A DNA stretch of 64,000 nt from Candidatus Nitrosopolaris sp. (lineage in GTDB: Archaea; Thermoproteota; Nitrososphaeria; Nitrososphaerales; Nitrososphaeraceae). This document shows positions 1-10,801 of the stretch, piece by piece. Every line of letters begins with the position of its first letter. The stretch's first letter is position 1. Location: assembly GCA_051985775.1 (NCBI GenBank), contig JBPYDP010000022.1, forward strand, positions 12,133 through 76,132. The letters run 5' to 3'. Both the position numbers and the translations under genes were made by a program. The notes beneath the pieces were generated by a model, which saw nothing but the letters and a program-made list of their open reading frames with translations, was not told the DNA's origin and did not search any database.

Positions 1-182
1 TGCTAGTGCTCTATCACCCGCGTCTACAGCCTTTATATCAAATTTTACGCTACTGTTGTCGTTTATTTTCTCAAGTATAGTACTAGCTGAAGATGCAAGC
101 TCTGGCCCAACACCATCGCCTAACACTAGTGAAACGTTGTACTTTCCCACTATTTAGTCAGAGTATATTGTAATGAATAGGC

Positions 183-1703
183 TTAATTTTGACTTTTCGA
201 ATGTAATATGTTTTGCAACATTACTTTATTGACTGCATCCACCATAGCTTGGACTGAAGCGACAACTACATCTTCGCCAGCTTTCCTTGAGGAGACAACG
301 ACGCCATTTTTATCTTCTACCTTTACTGAGACTTCCGCTAGCGCATCCGATCCTCCGCTAATAGATTCTAATCTGTACTCCCTAACCCTTATATTGGCCA
401 TTTCTCCGGCGATTTTCTGTATTGCCTTAAGAGCAGCGTCGACCGGGCCGACCCCAATTTCTGAAGCTATAAGGTCCCTCCCTTCCGTATTCAATCTTAC
501 CACCGCCGTGGGAATAATATTCATCCCTGTGACTATGTGGAAGTCATAGAGCTTAAACTTCTCTTCAAATCTACTATTATGCATGATATCGCCTGCAATG
601 GACAGAAGCTCTGTAGTTGTGATCGATTTGCCCATATCTGCTAGACTCTTTTGTCTATTCACAATCTCGAGAAGTTCAGGTTCCGATGGGCTAATGCCGA
701 ATCCCTCAAGCATTGCATTTATTCCATGGGTGCCGGCATGTTTACCTGCTTGGAGCCATCTTTTCCTACCTACGAGTTCGGGACTTATGGGTTCATATGT
801 CAAGGGATTATTCAAAATACCATGAGTGTGAATACCCGATTCATGTCCAAATGCATTTTCGCCAATTATTGCCTTGTTCGGTTGAACTGTCACGCCCATA
901 ATATTTGCCACAAACTTGGAAGTCTCGTATAACAGTTCTGTCTTGACACTATGCTTTCGACCATAAAGGCATTGAATTGCCATAACAAATTCCTCTAGAG
1001 ATGCATTGCCTGCCCTTTCTCCTAAACCGTTTATGGTAACATGGGCACATTCTGCACCCGCAACTATCCCAGAAATCGAGTTAGCTACTGCTAAGCCGAA
1101 GTCGTCATGGCAATGTACGCTGGTCGGAAGACCGGTCGGCTGGCTTACCTCTATGACCAGCTGTCGCATAGATTCTGGAGTAGCATATCCCACAGTGTCT
1201 GGGATATCAATCCTGTCAACCCCTGCTCTTGCAACAGAAGTAAACACAAGGTTCAAAAAAGATCGATCGGATCGGGTCGCATCTTCTGCGGAAAATTCCA
1301 CCTTAATTCCATGCTTTTTTGCATATTCTACTGACCAAATGGCCTTTTCAAGCACTTCCTCTCTAGTCATCCTCAGCTTGTACTTCATATGAATGTCAGA
1401 CGTAGCAATAAAGGTGTGAATATAGTTGAGGTCGCAATTTATAGCAGCATCTAAGTCAGATTTTACCGCACGTGCCAAACCGCAAATCTCGGCTCTCAAT
1501 CCTTGTTTAATTATATTCCTGACTGCGAGCGTTTCGCCTTGTGAAACTGCAGGGAATCCCGCCTCGATCGCGTCGATCCCTAGTTCATCGAGTTTCAATG
1601 CAATTTGCAATTTTTGTTCTGGCGACACAGACACTCCCGGAGTTTGCTCCCCGTCCCTCAACGTAGTATCAAATATTCTTATTTTTTTCTCCCTTAGTTT
1701 CAA
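183..1703 (-). CDS. leuA: 2-isopropylmalate synthase (LeuA/CimA family)
   Basis: DTTLRDGEQTPG, HCHDDFGLA and GLGERAGNA motifs, C-terminal regulatory domain; in operon with ilvBH. Confidence 0.9.
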   Translation of the reverse strand: MKLREKKIRIFDTTLRDGEQTPGVSVSPEQKLQIALKLDELGIDAIEAGFPAVSQGETLAVRNIIKQGLRAEICGLARAVKSDLDAAINCDLNYIHTFIATSDIHMKYKLRMTREEVLEKAIWSVEYAKKHGIKVEFSAEDATRSDRSFLNLVFTSVARAGVDRIDIPDTVGYATPESMRQLVIEVSQPTGLPTSVHCHDDFGLAVANSISGIVAGAECAHVTINGLGERAGNASLEEFVMAIQCLYGRKHSVKTELLYETSKFVANIMGVTVQPNKAIIGENAFGHESGIHTHGILNNPLTYEPISPELVGRKRWLQAGKHAGTHGINAMLEGFGISPSEPELLEIVNRQKSLADMGKSITTTELLSIAGDIMHNSRFEEKFKLYDFHIVTGMNIIPTAVVRLNTEGRDLIASEIGVGPVDAALKAIQKIAGEMANIRVREYRLESISGGSDALAEVSVKVEDKNGVVVSSRKAGEDVVVASVQAMVDAVNKVMLQNILHSKSQN

Positions 1704-2248
1704 GGTTCCCCTCCTCTTGAAAGAGCAGAAACACCAGTTCTTGCTAACTGCAATATTCCGAAATGTTCTACGAGCCTTTTGAACGCTTCTATTTTGTCAG
1801 GGGTCCCGGTGAGTTCTACGGTGATAGTATCACTACCTATATCAAGTATGTTTGCTCTAAAAATGGACGCAAAATTAACAATTTCCATCCTCGCAGCAGG
1901 TTCGGAAGCCTTCATTTTTATCAATGCCAATTCACGATAAACAGTTTTAGTCGTATCAAGTACCTTTACTTCTACTACATCAATAAGCTTCCGGAGTTGT
2001 TTTACAAGCTGATCCAGAGTTCTGTTATCGCCGTTGAGCGCGATTGTCATTCTTGAAAGATCTACAATCTCTGTAGACCCCACAGTAATACTTTCAATGT
2101 TAAAGTTTCTTGCTCGAAAAAGGTTCGTGACCCTAAACAATACTCCGGGTTTATTTTCGAGTAATGCTGACAATATATGCCAGCCCTCAATTTTTTCGCT
2201 ACCTGAAGTATGCATTATATGTGAAGTCGACCCAATGCCTCCTGTCAT
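1700..2248 (-). CDS. ilvH: acetolactate synthase small (regulatory) subunit
   Basis: ACT domain ENKPGVLFRV...NFNIESITVG and C-terminal ARTG; follows ilvB. Confidence 0.93.
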   Translation of the reverse strand: MTGGIGSTSHIMHTSGSEKIEGWHILSALLENKPGVLFRVTNLFRARNFNIESITVGSTEIVDLSRMTIALNGDNRTLDQLVKQLRKLIDVVEVKVLDTTKTVYRELALIKMKASEPAARMEIVNFASIFRANILDIGSDTITVELTGTPDKIEAFKRLVEHFGILQLARTGVSALSRGGEP

Positions 2249-2253
2249 GATAA

Positions 2254-3942
2254 TTAAGATCCCGTAACCATATCCTTTAAGCCAGTACCGGGTACTACAA
2301 AAGGGTATACATCTTCTTCTGGGTCTATGGTAATGTCAATGACTGTGGCAACTTCCATCTTGAGTGCAGATCTTACCGCTTTTTCGAGCTCGTCCATGGA
2401 TTGAGCTTTAATGCCTTCAGCACCGTATGCTTGAGCAAGTCTCACATAATCAGGGCAATTATGTTGATGAACTCCCATATATCTCCTATTGTAAAAAGTC
2501 CTTTGCCACTGAGCTACCATCCCTAACATATAATTATTCATTAAAAAAACTATCACAGGTAAGTTATCAAGTACAGAGACCGCAAGAGAATTCTCTGTCA
2601 TATTGAAGGAGCCATCACCCGCTATATCCACAACAAACACTTCTGGTCGCGCTGCTTTCGCACCTATTGACGCAGGAAATCCAAATCCCATTGTCCCAAG
2701 CCCTGTCGAACTGAAAAAAGTTCCAGGAGAAACGACATCAAAATGTAGCGAGGCCCACATTTGGCACTGCCCTACTTCTGTAGTCACAATAGACTCGCTT
2801 GGCAATATTTCTCTTAATTTTTTCAAAGCCTTTCTCGCAGTCAAGTCCCGTGAATAGTCCTTAATGGTTTCTGAATAATACTCGATAAGCTCCTTTCTTC
2901 TCCTCAGCCAAGTATTGTCCAGGTCCTTTTTGATTATGAGTTTTGAGAGCATCTTGAAGAGGGTTCTAAGAGAAGACTTCACGTCTCCGATAACTGCTAC
3001 ATCAACCAACTTATTCTTGCCAATTTCTGCAGGATCGACGTCCAAATGTATTATGTTCATGCCTCTCCCAAATTCATCATATCTCCCTACTGATCTGTCT
3101 GAAAACCTAGCCCCTACCGCCAATATGCAATCTGCTTCCAAGATTATCTTGTTGGCTTCTGCATGACCATGCATTCCAATGGGACCCATTGCAAGGGGGT
3201 GATTCTCAGGAAATGATCCCTTCCCCTTAAAAGTGGTAACTACCGGGGCCATGAGTAACTCTGCCAGAGCTTGCAGCTCAGAAAATGCCCCAGACAATAT
3301 CACACCGCCGCCACTCATTATTATTGGTCTTTTGGAAGCCAGCAATATTTCGACGGCATTTCCCAATTGGGAGAGATCTGGATCCACTACCGGGCAGTAA
3401 CCTCTCACTTTGATGAGATCAGGAAAGGTCATTTCGGCACTAGCTTGTTGAACATCCTTCGGAATATCTATAAGAACAGGTCCAGGTCTACCACTTTCAG
3501 CAATGTAGAAGGCTTTCTTAACCGTTTCTGGTATTTCACTTGCTGACCTTGGCTGAAACGCATATTTGGTGCACGGATTAGCAATACCAATAATATCGGT
3601 TTCTTGGAAAGCATCCTTTCCTATCATGGCCACTGCTACTTGACCTGTCACCGCCAATACTGGCGATGAGTCCGCATAGGCGGTAGCTAAGCCAGTGATG
3701 ATATTAGTGGCACCGGGACCAGATGTAGCAAAACACACTCCTGCCTTGCGCTTAATTCTAGCGTAACCATCAGCCATGTGTGAAGCAGACTGTTCATGCC
3801 TTACAAGCACATGTCTAAGGTTGGCATCGACTAACGCATCATAAATGGGGAGATTAGCCCCACCAGGTAATCCAAAAACGATGTCCACTCCCTCCTTTTC
3901 CAAAGCCTGAATCAACGCCTTGGAACCAGTCATCTCCCCCAA
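2254..3942 (-). CDS. ilvB: acetolactate synthase large subunit
   Basis: RHEQ, TSGPGATN, DAFQE and the TPP-binding GDGSF...NN motif; GGTGAGG SD-like sequence upstream of TTG. Confidence 0.95.
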   Translation of the reverse strand: MGEMTGSKALIQALEKEGVDIVFGLPGGANLPIYDALVDANLRHVLVRHEQSASHMADGYARIKRKAGVCFATSGPGATNIITGLATAYADSSPVLAVTGQVAVAMIGKDAFQETDIIGIANPCTKYAFQPRSASEIPETVKKAFYIAESGRPGPVLIDIPKDVQQASAEMTFPDLIKVRGYCPVVDPDLSQLGNAVEILLASKRPIIMSGGGVILSGAFSELQALAELLMAPVVTTFKGKGSFPENHPLAMGPIGMHGHAEANKIILEADCILAVGARFSDRSVGRYDEFGRGMNIIHLDVDPAEIGKNKLVDVAVIGDVKSSLRTLFKMLSKLIIKKDLDNTWLRRRKELIEYYSETIKDYSRDLTARKALKKLREILPSESIVTTEVGQCQMWASLHFDVVSPGTFFSSTGLGTMGFGFPASIGAKAARPEVFVVDIAGDGSFNMTENSLAVSVLDNLPVIVFLMNNYMLGMVAQWQRTFYNRRYMGVHQHNCPDYVRLAQAYGAEGIKAQSMDELEKAVRSALKMEVATVIDITIDPEEDVYPFVVPGTGLKDMVTGS

Positions 3943-4339
3943 CTGCTTACCTCACCAGCCGCCATCTTCAAACAACATCTTATTAAAACTACTAGTAGTT
4001 CCGTTTACAGGAGGATGCCCACTGCCACACGTAACCTACCCATCTTCACCGAAGAAAAAGTTATAAAACAGCTCTGCTTAGCACTCGGCATTTCCAACAA
4101 AATTGCTAGTGCTATCATAATTTATAAAGATTGTGTTTGCAGAGATGGATTAAATCGGCTTTATATTTATCACCCTCTTGGCCTAGTAGTCGCTGCCTTG
4201 TAGCTGAATTGAAGTATAACCGTTGTGCAAGAGGTACTCCATACATCAGTATCGTGGCTATTTTACAGAATGATTTAATTCTAATGCTAGTTAGTAGGTA
4301 GCTAGGACATCTAGAACTATGGCGTTGAGTGCGCTATTC

Positions 4340-4670
4340 GCACCAAAAATAACCATGTTCTTATGTACGTCAATAAAGAAATTATACCACTTCACATTTT
4401 CCCATGAACATATATCCTTTTGTTATGGAAAATGGTCATCGTAGCTCTCTATTCCATCCTTTACGTATAGAATAGTTCGTCTTATGATACCCCTTTCGTA
4501 ATACGGCAATTTTAGAAATCTACACGCTTTTAGATATGTAGCCATCATCAGTAGAACCTGGATATCTCCCATTTTTTAATGAATTCTTTAAGAAACTGTT
4601 AGGTAACACGCATGTTTCCTTCTAGAGAAATACGCGAATCGAGCACGACGTACAATAGGTTTCTTTCGAC
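4340..4670 (-). pseudogene. degenerate IS6-family-like DDE transposase C-terminal fragment (boundaries approximate)
   Basis: Manual minus-strand translation gives ISLEGNMRVT*QFLKEFIKK / GRYPGSTDDG / YLKACRFLKL..YERGIIRRTILYVKDGIESYDDHFP*QK. This matches my recollection of the thaumarchaeal IS6-type pattern. Two stops and frameshifts. Confidence 0.7.
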
Positions 4671-4779
4671 CCCCGCTTGCTAAAAATAACTTCAAAGGAA
4701 AATAAAATGCGAGAGTTAACACACTATTTATAGAAAACAAGGTCCCTTTGAAAAAAGCTAGGATTCTAGGATTATTTCG

Positions 4780-5592
4780 CTATGCCTTATTTAGAGTGGT
4801 TTGAAAGGCGTCTTTTTCCCGCATAAAGGTTTCCATAGCTTCGTTCACTGTTGAATTCGAGTGTACGATCGATCTAATAGCCTTAATCACGGCTACCGGA
4901 TAATCTGACTGCCAGATATTTCTGCCCATATCTACTCCAGCCGCTCCCTGCTTAACTGACTGATGGGCTAAACGTAATGCATCTTCCGGCTCAGGAAACC
5001 TTTTGCCACCCGCAACTACTACAGGAACGGGACAGCCTTCAACAACTTTGTGGAAATCTTCGCAATAATATGTTTTCACAATATGAGCACCAAGTTCTGC
5101 AGCGATTCTACAGGAAAGTGCCAAATATCGATAATCTCTTGTCATCTCCTTCCCGACTGCTGTGACTGCGAGAACAGGAATACCGAACCTCTCACATTCA
5201 TCCACAACTTTTGCAAGATTCTTTAGACTTTTGTGTTCGTACTTGCTTCCCACGAATATAGAAAGCGCGACGCAAGACGCATTTAGTTTTAAAGCATCTT
5301 CCGCAGAGGTAGTAACGCATTCATTGGATAAGTCTTCTCCTATTACGCTGCTCCCGCCGGATATTCGTAAGACTATTGGAATATCCACACTCGGATTTAC
5401 TGAAGTTCGTAAAATGCCCCGAGTGACCATTAACGAATCGGCATAGGGCAAGAGGGGCTTAATAATTTTACCTGGATTCTCTAACTTCTGTGTAGGACCT
5501 AAAAAGTAGCCATGATCTATTGCCAGCATCACAGTTCTTCCATCTTCAGGACGAATAATCTTGGAGATTCTATTTTTCATTCCCCAATCCAT
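4780..5592 (-). CDS. lsrF: LsrF-like class I aldolase/thiolase (DhnA family)
   Basis: MDWGMKNR N-terminus, AIDHGYF, ELGAHIVKTYY, MGRNIWQ. Confidence 0.82.
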   Translation of the reverse strand: MDWGMKNRISKIIRPEDGRTVMLAIDHGYFLGPTQKLENPGKIIKPLLPYADSLMVTRGILRTSVNPSVDIPIVLRISGGSSVIGEDLSNECVTTSAEDALKLNASCVALSIFVGSKYEHKSLKNLAKVVDECERFGIPVLAVTAVGKEMTRDYRYLALSCRIAAELGAHIVKTYYCEDFHKVVEGCPVPVVVAGGKRFPEPEDALRLAHQSVKQGAAGVDMGRNIWQSDYPVAVIKAIRSIVHSNSTVNEAMETFMREKDAFQTTLNKA

Positions 5593-5646
5593 ATCAATCG
5601 TAATTGGAATCGTCTAGCTGAATAATTTATAGTTTACAAGTCCCTT

Positions 5647-6687
5647 TCACGAGTTTATTAACACTTTCATTGCATCCTTAGCATTATGTGCACACTCAAT
5701 AGCCTCAGCTACGCATTCCAAATCAAAGCGATGCGTGATTAACGAATCTATCGCGATTCGTCTTAATGAAAGGGTTCGAATTGCTTGATTTATCTCGATT
5801 TCTGAAGACGCGTAACTAGGAATTATTGAAAGCTCCTTTGAGTATATTTTTCCCATATCGCAAGGGATCATGCAAGCCTTAGCCGGAACCCCAAAAATCA
5901 GAATGTCACCTCCTTTCCTTGTAATGTCTAGTGACTTAAATAGTGCTTTCGGATTACTAGTCGCAACTATTGTGAGATCCGCACCTCTTCGGTGAGTATA
6001 CTCCATTACTGCCTTGACAAAATCCTTCTCACTTGAAGCATCCAGTACGTCAATATCGAAATGCTTTTCGGCAAATTTAAGTCTGAAGCGATTAGTATCA
6101 GCGACCGCGACCCTTCCTGCGCCGCTTAATTTTGCTATCATCGCCAGCATCAGTCCTGCCGGTCCAGCCCCAATTACAACTACATCATCACCTTTTTGTA
6201 AGGTGCATTTCGAAAGACCTCTTATGGAACAAGCCAATGGTTCAATGAGGGAAGCCTGATCAAAGGAAAGATTGTCAGGGAGTTTTACAAGACCTCCTTT
6301 GATGGTGTTTATTTCAGGAACCAGAATCTGTTCAGACAAGCCACAAGGTTCGATATTGCTATTTTGATAAGTGTCACACATTGTGAAATCACCATGCCAA
6401 CAATAATGGCAAGCGTTGCAACTAACATGATGGTGAATAAACACTCTATCTCCACGTTTGAACCCCTTGACTGATTGTCCGAATTCAATTATACTGCCGG
6501 CCGGCTCATGACCCAGCCTCTTAGAGATCATCGTATAATTTCCATAAACCTTCTCCAAATCAGAACCACAAATGCCACATGACCTCATGCGTACGAGAAC
6601 GTCATGATCTCCAACTTTCGGAATATCGACATCGTCAAGGTTCACAAGGTTTCTACCTCTTACGAAAGCAGCTTTCAAGCAGCACAT
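5647..6687 (-). CDS. Zn-dependent alcohol/sugar dehydrogenase (MDR family)
   Basis: CGICGSD, GHE, structural CxxCxxC...C, GAGPAG. Confidence 0.88.
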   Translation of the reverse strand: MCCLKAAFVRGRNLVNLDDVDIPKVGDHDVLVRMRSCGICGSDLEKVYGNYTMISKRLGHEPAGSIIEFGQSVKGFKRGDRVFIHHHVSCNACHYCWHGDFTMCDTYQNSNIEPCGLSEQILVPEINTIKGGLVKLPDNLSFDQASLIEPLACSIRGLSKCTLQKGDDVVVIGAGPAGLMLAMIAKLSGAGRVAVADTNRFRLKFAEKHFDIDVLDASSEKDFVKAVMEYTHRRGADLTIVATSNPKALFKSLDITRKGGDILIFGVPAKACMIPCDMGKIYSKELSIIPSYASSEIEINQAIRTLSLRRIAIDSLITHRFDLECVAEAIECAHNAKDAMKVLINS

Positions 6688-7773
6688 TTCTCCATTTCGC
6701 GCGGCGATTCTTAAATATCTGGTATCCCTCGATTCGGGAATGCTGAAGAATCAACTCAATTGCAGGAACTGATGGTGGATTACCCAAAAATTTTTTCCTC
6801 AATTGATCTACCAAGTCATAAACTGTAATATTTAAAGCATCAATCCTGAGCAGTTATGGCAGCTTAGCTAGTCTAGCGATCTATGACTTTGATTTATCAT
6901 TTTATTGCGATAGAAATTTGCGAAGTGAACATCAAGTAAGGGTAGAATCCTTGTAATTAGCTCGTTATAATTCGTCACTACACTGAGATGAAACGACGCT
7001 TGTAATCCTGGTTTTGTAAGCAATAGCATCGAACTGTCTTACCTACAAAATATACTTCTATGCCCGAGACATTTAATATATTTTCATATTTTTCATTATA
7101 TCTGATGCGGGAGCCAAAATAAAGCATAAACAATTGAAGACGACGAATGACTACGTTACAATCCCGTGCATTCAAACACGTCTTTCGAACAAGGTTCCCG
7201 CCGATGTAATTTACCCTTAAGCAAATCAATCCTTGGGCTCGTCCTAGATGAAGTAAGAACAAAATAAACAATGGCTTATATTATTGAAAATTGGGATAAC
7301 AATCTTCGAAAATTAACTAGGGTCCTTTATCATGTGGTATGCAGGTATATTTTGGTACGTGACGCGGAAGACGTACATTATGACGCTGGATCCTAGAAAC
7401 TAGTAGACTATGCTTTTGAAATTTTACAATACTTAAGAATTGTAGCATTATTCAAAATGCGGGAGAAACGTTTCATCTGACGGATTAATAGCTTTGTCTT
7501 CCAAGTCCCTTGGTCTTGCTTCGTCATCAAATAAATTTTAAAAAATGTAACTTTAAAGTTAGGTTTTCGTCTAAATAAATTGGAGAAAAGGGGATAGAAA
7601 ATGTATGTGACAAAGCATTCCCAACATTGGTCAAATACATGATACTAAATCCTTAGCCGTAAAACTTGTTGAATGTCAGAAAATTATCGAGGAGAGCACC
7701 TAACCTTAGGTCGCTGTCGACGTATTTTGGTGAGCAAGTTTTGAATGCAAGTTACAGTACCGATACCACTAGT

Positions 7774-7911
7774 TCATCTGTACTTTTGTGGTTTTTTGAA
7801 GAAAATCTTCTTACAGCCTTCAGAGCAAAAGTAATAATTCTTCCCCTTAAGCGTGAGAATTGTAGCAAGTTTTTCATCCATTTCTATTCCGCACACGGGA
7901 TCGACTGGCAT
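7774..7911 (-). CDS. YHS/TRASH metal-binding domain protein, 45 aa (not in ORF track)
   Basis: Manual translation MPVDPVCGIEMDEKLATILTLKGKNYYFCSEGCKKIFFKKPQKYR, with the DPVCG...YYFCSxxC signature. Confidence 0.9.
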   Translation of the reverse strand: MPVDPVCGIEMDEKLATILTLKGKNYYFCSEGCKKIFFKKPQKYR

Positions 7912-8156
7912 TTCAAAAACGGTGATACATAATACAATTAATTAATCTTTAGTGGCCCTTTTTTCAAGCTAGTCGCGTCTTGGAGAGAGTTGTTAATTTG
8001 CTGTGAAGGCATGCATTAAAGAAGGATAATGGAAAACAGGTATTAGATATGCTAATGAAAACAAAGTCAGCGTTAAAGTTAGTGAAATACTACCAATTTC
8101 GTCAATCTCTTTTGACACAAAGTCTGATATCCTGAAACACGAGTCTGTGGTTTTAT

Positions 8157-8327
8157 ATGTCATATCCATCTATAGAAGTCGTCTGTGGCAAATGCGGTTC
8201 TGTCATTAACAAACTAATAACCTTAAAATCCGTTAAGGATGTGTTACGACCTATCAGTAACAGATGTGGGATATGCGGAAACGCACTTAATCCGTCTGAT
8301 TTTGCGATTGACCTGCAAAAGCAATAG
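8157..8327 (+). CDS. small zinc-ribbon protein, 56 aa (not in ORF track)
   Basis: Manual translation MSYPSIEVVCGKCGSVINKLITLKSVKDVLRPISNRCGICGNALNPSDFAIDLQKQ; two CxxCG knuckles. Confidence 0.8.
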   Translation: MSYPSIEVVCGKCGSVINKLITLKSVKDVLRPISNRCGICGNALNPSDFAIDLQKQ

Positions 8328-8587
8328 TTGTCTAATTCGGCAACCAAACTGAACACAAAATATGCGTAATCAATTCCATAATATTGTGTAAAGATGTTTT
8401 GACTTTTTAGGATTTATTCCGCTCCGAGATTGTTAGCTAGTGTTACCTGCATCCCTTCATGGTCTAGTTAGGCACGTACAGATTTGGTGGCTTTTGGGTG
8501 TTCTGTTCTCTTGCAGGACTCATAGCATAGGAGATTCGCAACAACAAATAATGAATTTAGGAATTGATACTATTCTGCTGCCGTGGT

Positions 8588-9490
8588 CTACAGGAGTAGA
8601 CTCAATGCTAAGGCTACACATGTGACTCGAGAATACAATATCGTACCACGCATCGCCGAAACTAGCATCTCTCTTTGCAAATAAAAGGTATTAGTATGTT
8701 TAATCACATCAATTGCGAATGGTAGGGAAATTAGTGATAAAAAAGAATATACTTTCAAATAGCCCATAAATATCCCACAAATTATCAAAATATAAGGACA
8801 AACAATTAGTAATGTGATTATTTTTGCTGTTCTTTGTTTTCCCAGTATGATTACCAAAGTTCGTCGTCCACTAGAGCGGTCAGCATCGAAATCCGGAAAA
8901 GAGTTTACAATCAAAACTAAAGCAGACAACATCCCAACTATAGCCCCCAAATAAACTACACCGGGGTCGAGTATTTCTGTTTGGACATAGTAGGATCCGA
9001 TTACGATTAAAGCACCTTTGATAGCTACAAAGAATTCTCCAAGGCCCAGATTGACGATGTCCGTTGAATAAAAATAAACCGCCAGAATGGCAAAAACTAA
9101 GATAAAAGCCACTATTGCTCCCCGGGTAAATGCAAAGAACGTACCGATCATCGCCCCTATCAATAGAAGGATTATTCCGACTGCATATACACTTGATGGC
9201 TTTAAGAGATTATCTGGAAGCACTCCTGTTCCCCCACTGTATTTGGTCCTATTTGTTTCACTGTCGATCCCCCTCTTGTAATCCCAATAGTCATTCAGAA
9301 GGTCAATGCTTGCATGAAGACAAATAACTCCAACGAACGTTAGTGTAGCATAAGAAATGCTTATTACATTTTCTTTCCAAAATGCTAGCGCAAGGCCATT
9401 GCTCACGGCTATCATGGAAGATATTAAAAATCTTAACCTAACTGCCCGCAACCAACTTTTGAACAATGAATGTAAAAGTTTGCACGCCAA
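8588..9490 (-). CDS. menA: UbiA/MenA-family prenyltransferase
   Basis: NDYWDYKRGID and NSFPDFDAD...GRRTL motifs; multiple transmembrane segments. Confidence 0.8.
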   Translation of the reverse strand: MACKLLHSLFKSWLRAVRLRFLISSMIAVSNGLALAFWKENVISISYATLTFVGVICLHASIDLLNDYWDYKRGIDSETNRTKYSGGTGVLPDNLLKPSSVYAVGIILLLIGAMIGTFFAFTRGAIVAFILVFAILAVYFYSTDIVNLGLGEFFVAIKGALIVIGSYYVQTEILDPGVVYLGAIVGMLSALVLIVNSFPDFDADRSSGRRTLVIILGKQRTAKIITLLIVCPYILIICGIFMGYLKVYSFLSLISLPFAIDVIKHTNTFYLQREMLVSAMRGTILYSRVTCVALALSLLL

Positions 9491-9603
9491 TATTTAAGAG
9501 CTCAAGCTGGATACAACTGTTTTCATAAAATATTGTACAAGAGATTGAGATAGTTCAATCTAATATATAAATATGCTACACCCATATAGTCACAGAACCC
9601 AAT

Positions 9604-10047
9604 TTGGAACATCTTTCATGCATTTTCTGCGACATAATTGCGAGGAGACTACCATTTATTGGAATCTACGAAGACGACAATTTTTTGGTTCTCATAGATA
9701 AATACCCTCTAAGTAGGGGACATACTCTCATAATTCCAAAGAAACATTATGATAATTTGCTTGTCATGCCGATAAGTGAAATCGGGAAACTGTATACGTT
9801 AGTTCCTCTTATTGCCAAGGCAATTGTTTTAGGTGTAAAAGCTGAAGGATTCAATGTGGGTCAAAATAATGGAAGAGCAGCAAATCAAATCATCCCACAT
9901 GTTCACGTTCATATCGTTCCCAGGTTCGGCCATGACAGGCCAGATGATAGATGGCCAGCGAGACAAATAGCTTCTCACGAGGAATTGTACGAAGTTGCAG
10001 CTTTGATTAAACCGTTCCTTAATCTATCAATGGTTGATAGTGGTTAG
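9604..10047 (+). CDS. HIT family nucleotide hydrolase
   Basis: CIFC N-terminus and HVHVHIVPR histidine triad. Confidence 0.93.
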   Translation: MEHLSCIFCDIIARRLPFIGIYEDDNFLVLIDKYPLSRGHTLIIPKKHYDNLLVMPISEIGKLYTLVPLIAKAIVLGVKAEGFNVGQNNGRAANQIIPHVHVHIVPRFGHDRPDDRWPARQIASHEELYEVAALIKPFLNLSMVDSG

Positions 10048-10166
10048 GTCAATAGGTATCCCTTTTATCCGGAAGCCGTGAAACTCGAGCATGTATACCG
10101 CCCTTCACACCAAGTAAAAAAAAATTGTCTAAATTACTTTTAAGTCTAAATCACCTGCTAATTAGA

Positions 10167-10415
10167 ATGACTTCTATTCAGCTCGACAAGAGTTCAAAGT
10201 ACGACTGGACGGAGCATGTGTATTCTATTGTCCGTAATAATAGCGGAAGAGTGACAGGTAAGCAGCTCGAAAGAGAGATTGGGAGTAAATACGAGGTCAG
10301 ATACGCTATTGCGCGTTTGACAAAAGAAGGAAGAATAAGGAGAATTAGGGGATTCGGGGTAGATAGAGTTGAGTTTTTTTATCAAGTGACTGATGTTCGT
10401 ACCCTTGAACATTGA
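10167..10415 (+). CDS. small hypothetical protein, possible winged-HTH
   Basis: Basic helix/wing-like pattern YAIARLTKEGRIRR; ATG at 10167 preferred over TTG at 10125. Confidence 0.55.
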   Translation: MTSIQLDKSSKYDWTEHVYSIVRNNSGRVTGKQLEREIGSKYEVRYAIARLTKEGRIRRIRGFGVDRVEFFYQVTDVRTLEH

Positions 10416-10615
10416 AGTAGCAGTATTTCACTATTTTCGAAAGTTTGGTATCCGTGATTTGGACGAACGGATTTTTCTGTCTGAGCTCCTTTGGAAATGG
10501 CAGTAATACGTTGATTTGTATGCGGCCACCATCTACATTTCGGAGGGAGTATCTTAGGCACAACTTGCAGCTCTTACCCCGACCTGCCCAGCCAGAGGCT
10601 GCAATATGTCAATAG

Positions 10616-10801
10616 TCAAAAAATCTCTTCATCACTCCTTATACCTGCCAAACGAGTTTTGACTTCTTTGGCACATTCTAGGCAAACACCTTGGGAGAAT
10701 GGAAAGTTCTTCATGCAGTCCTTACACGTTGGTTTATGACAAGATGTACAGTTCCTAGTTAACACTTCCAGGTTACAAAGATAACAGTAATTTGCGCACA
10801 T
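10616..10801 (-). CDS. small Cys-rich zinc-finger protein
   Basis: Four CxxC pairs in 61 aa. Confidence 0.7.
   Translation of the reverse strand: MCANYCYLCNLEVLTRNCTSCHKPTCKDCMKNFPFSQGVCLECAKEVKTRLAGIRSDEEIF

Noticed and set aside
6978-7932. ORF-track ORFs 6978-7271 and 7666-7932
   Set aside because: No recognisable motifs; the second is the antisense shadow of the YHS gene.
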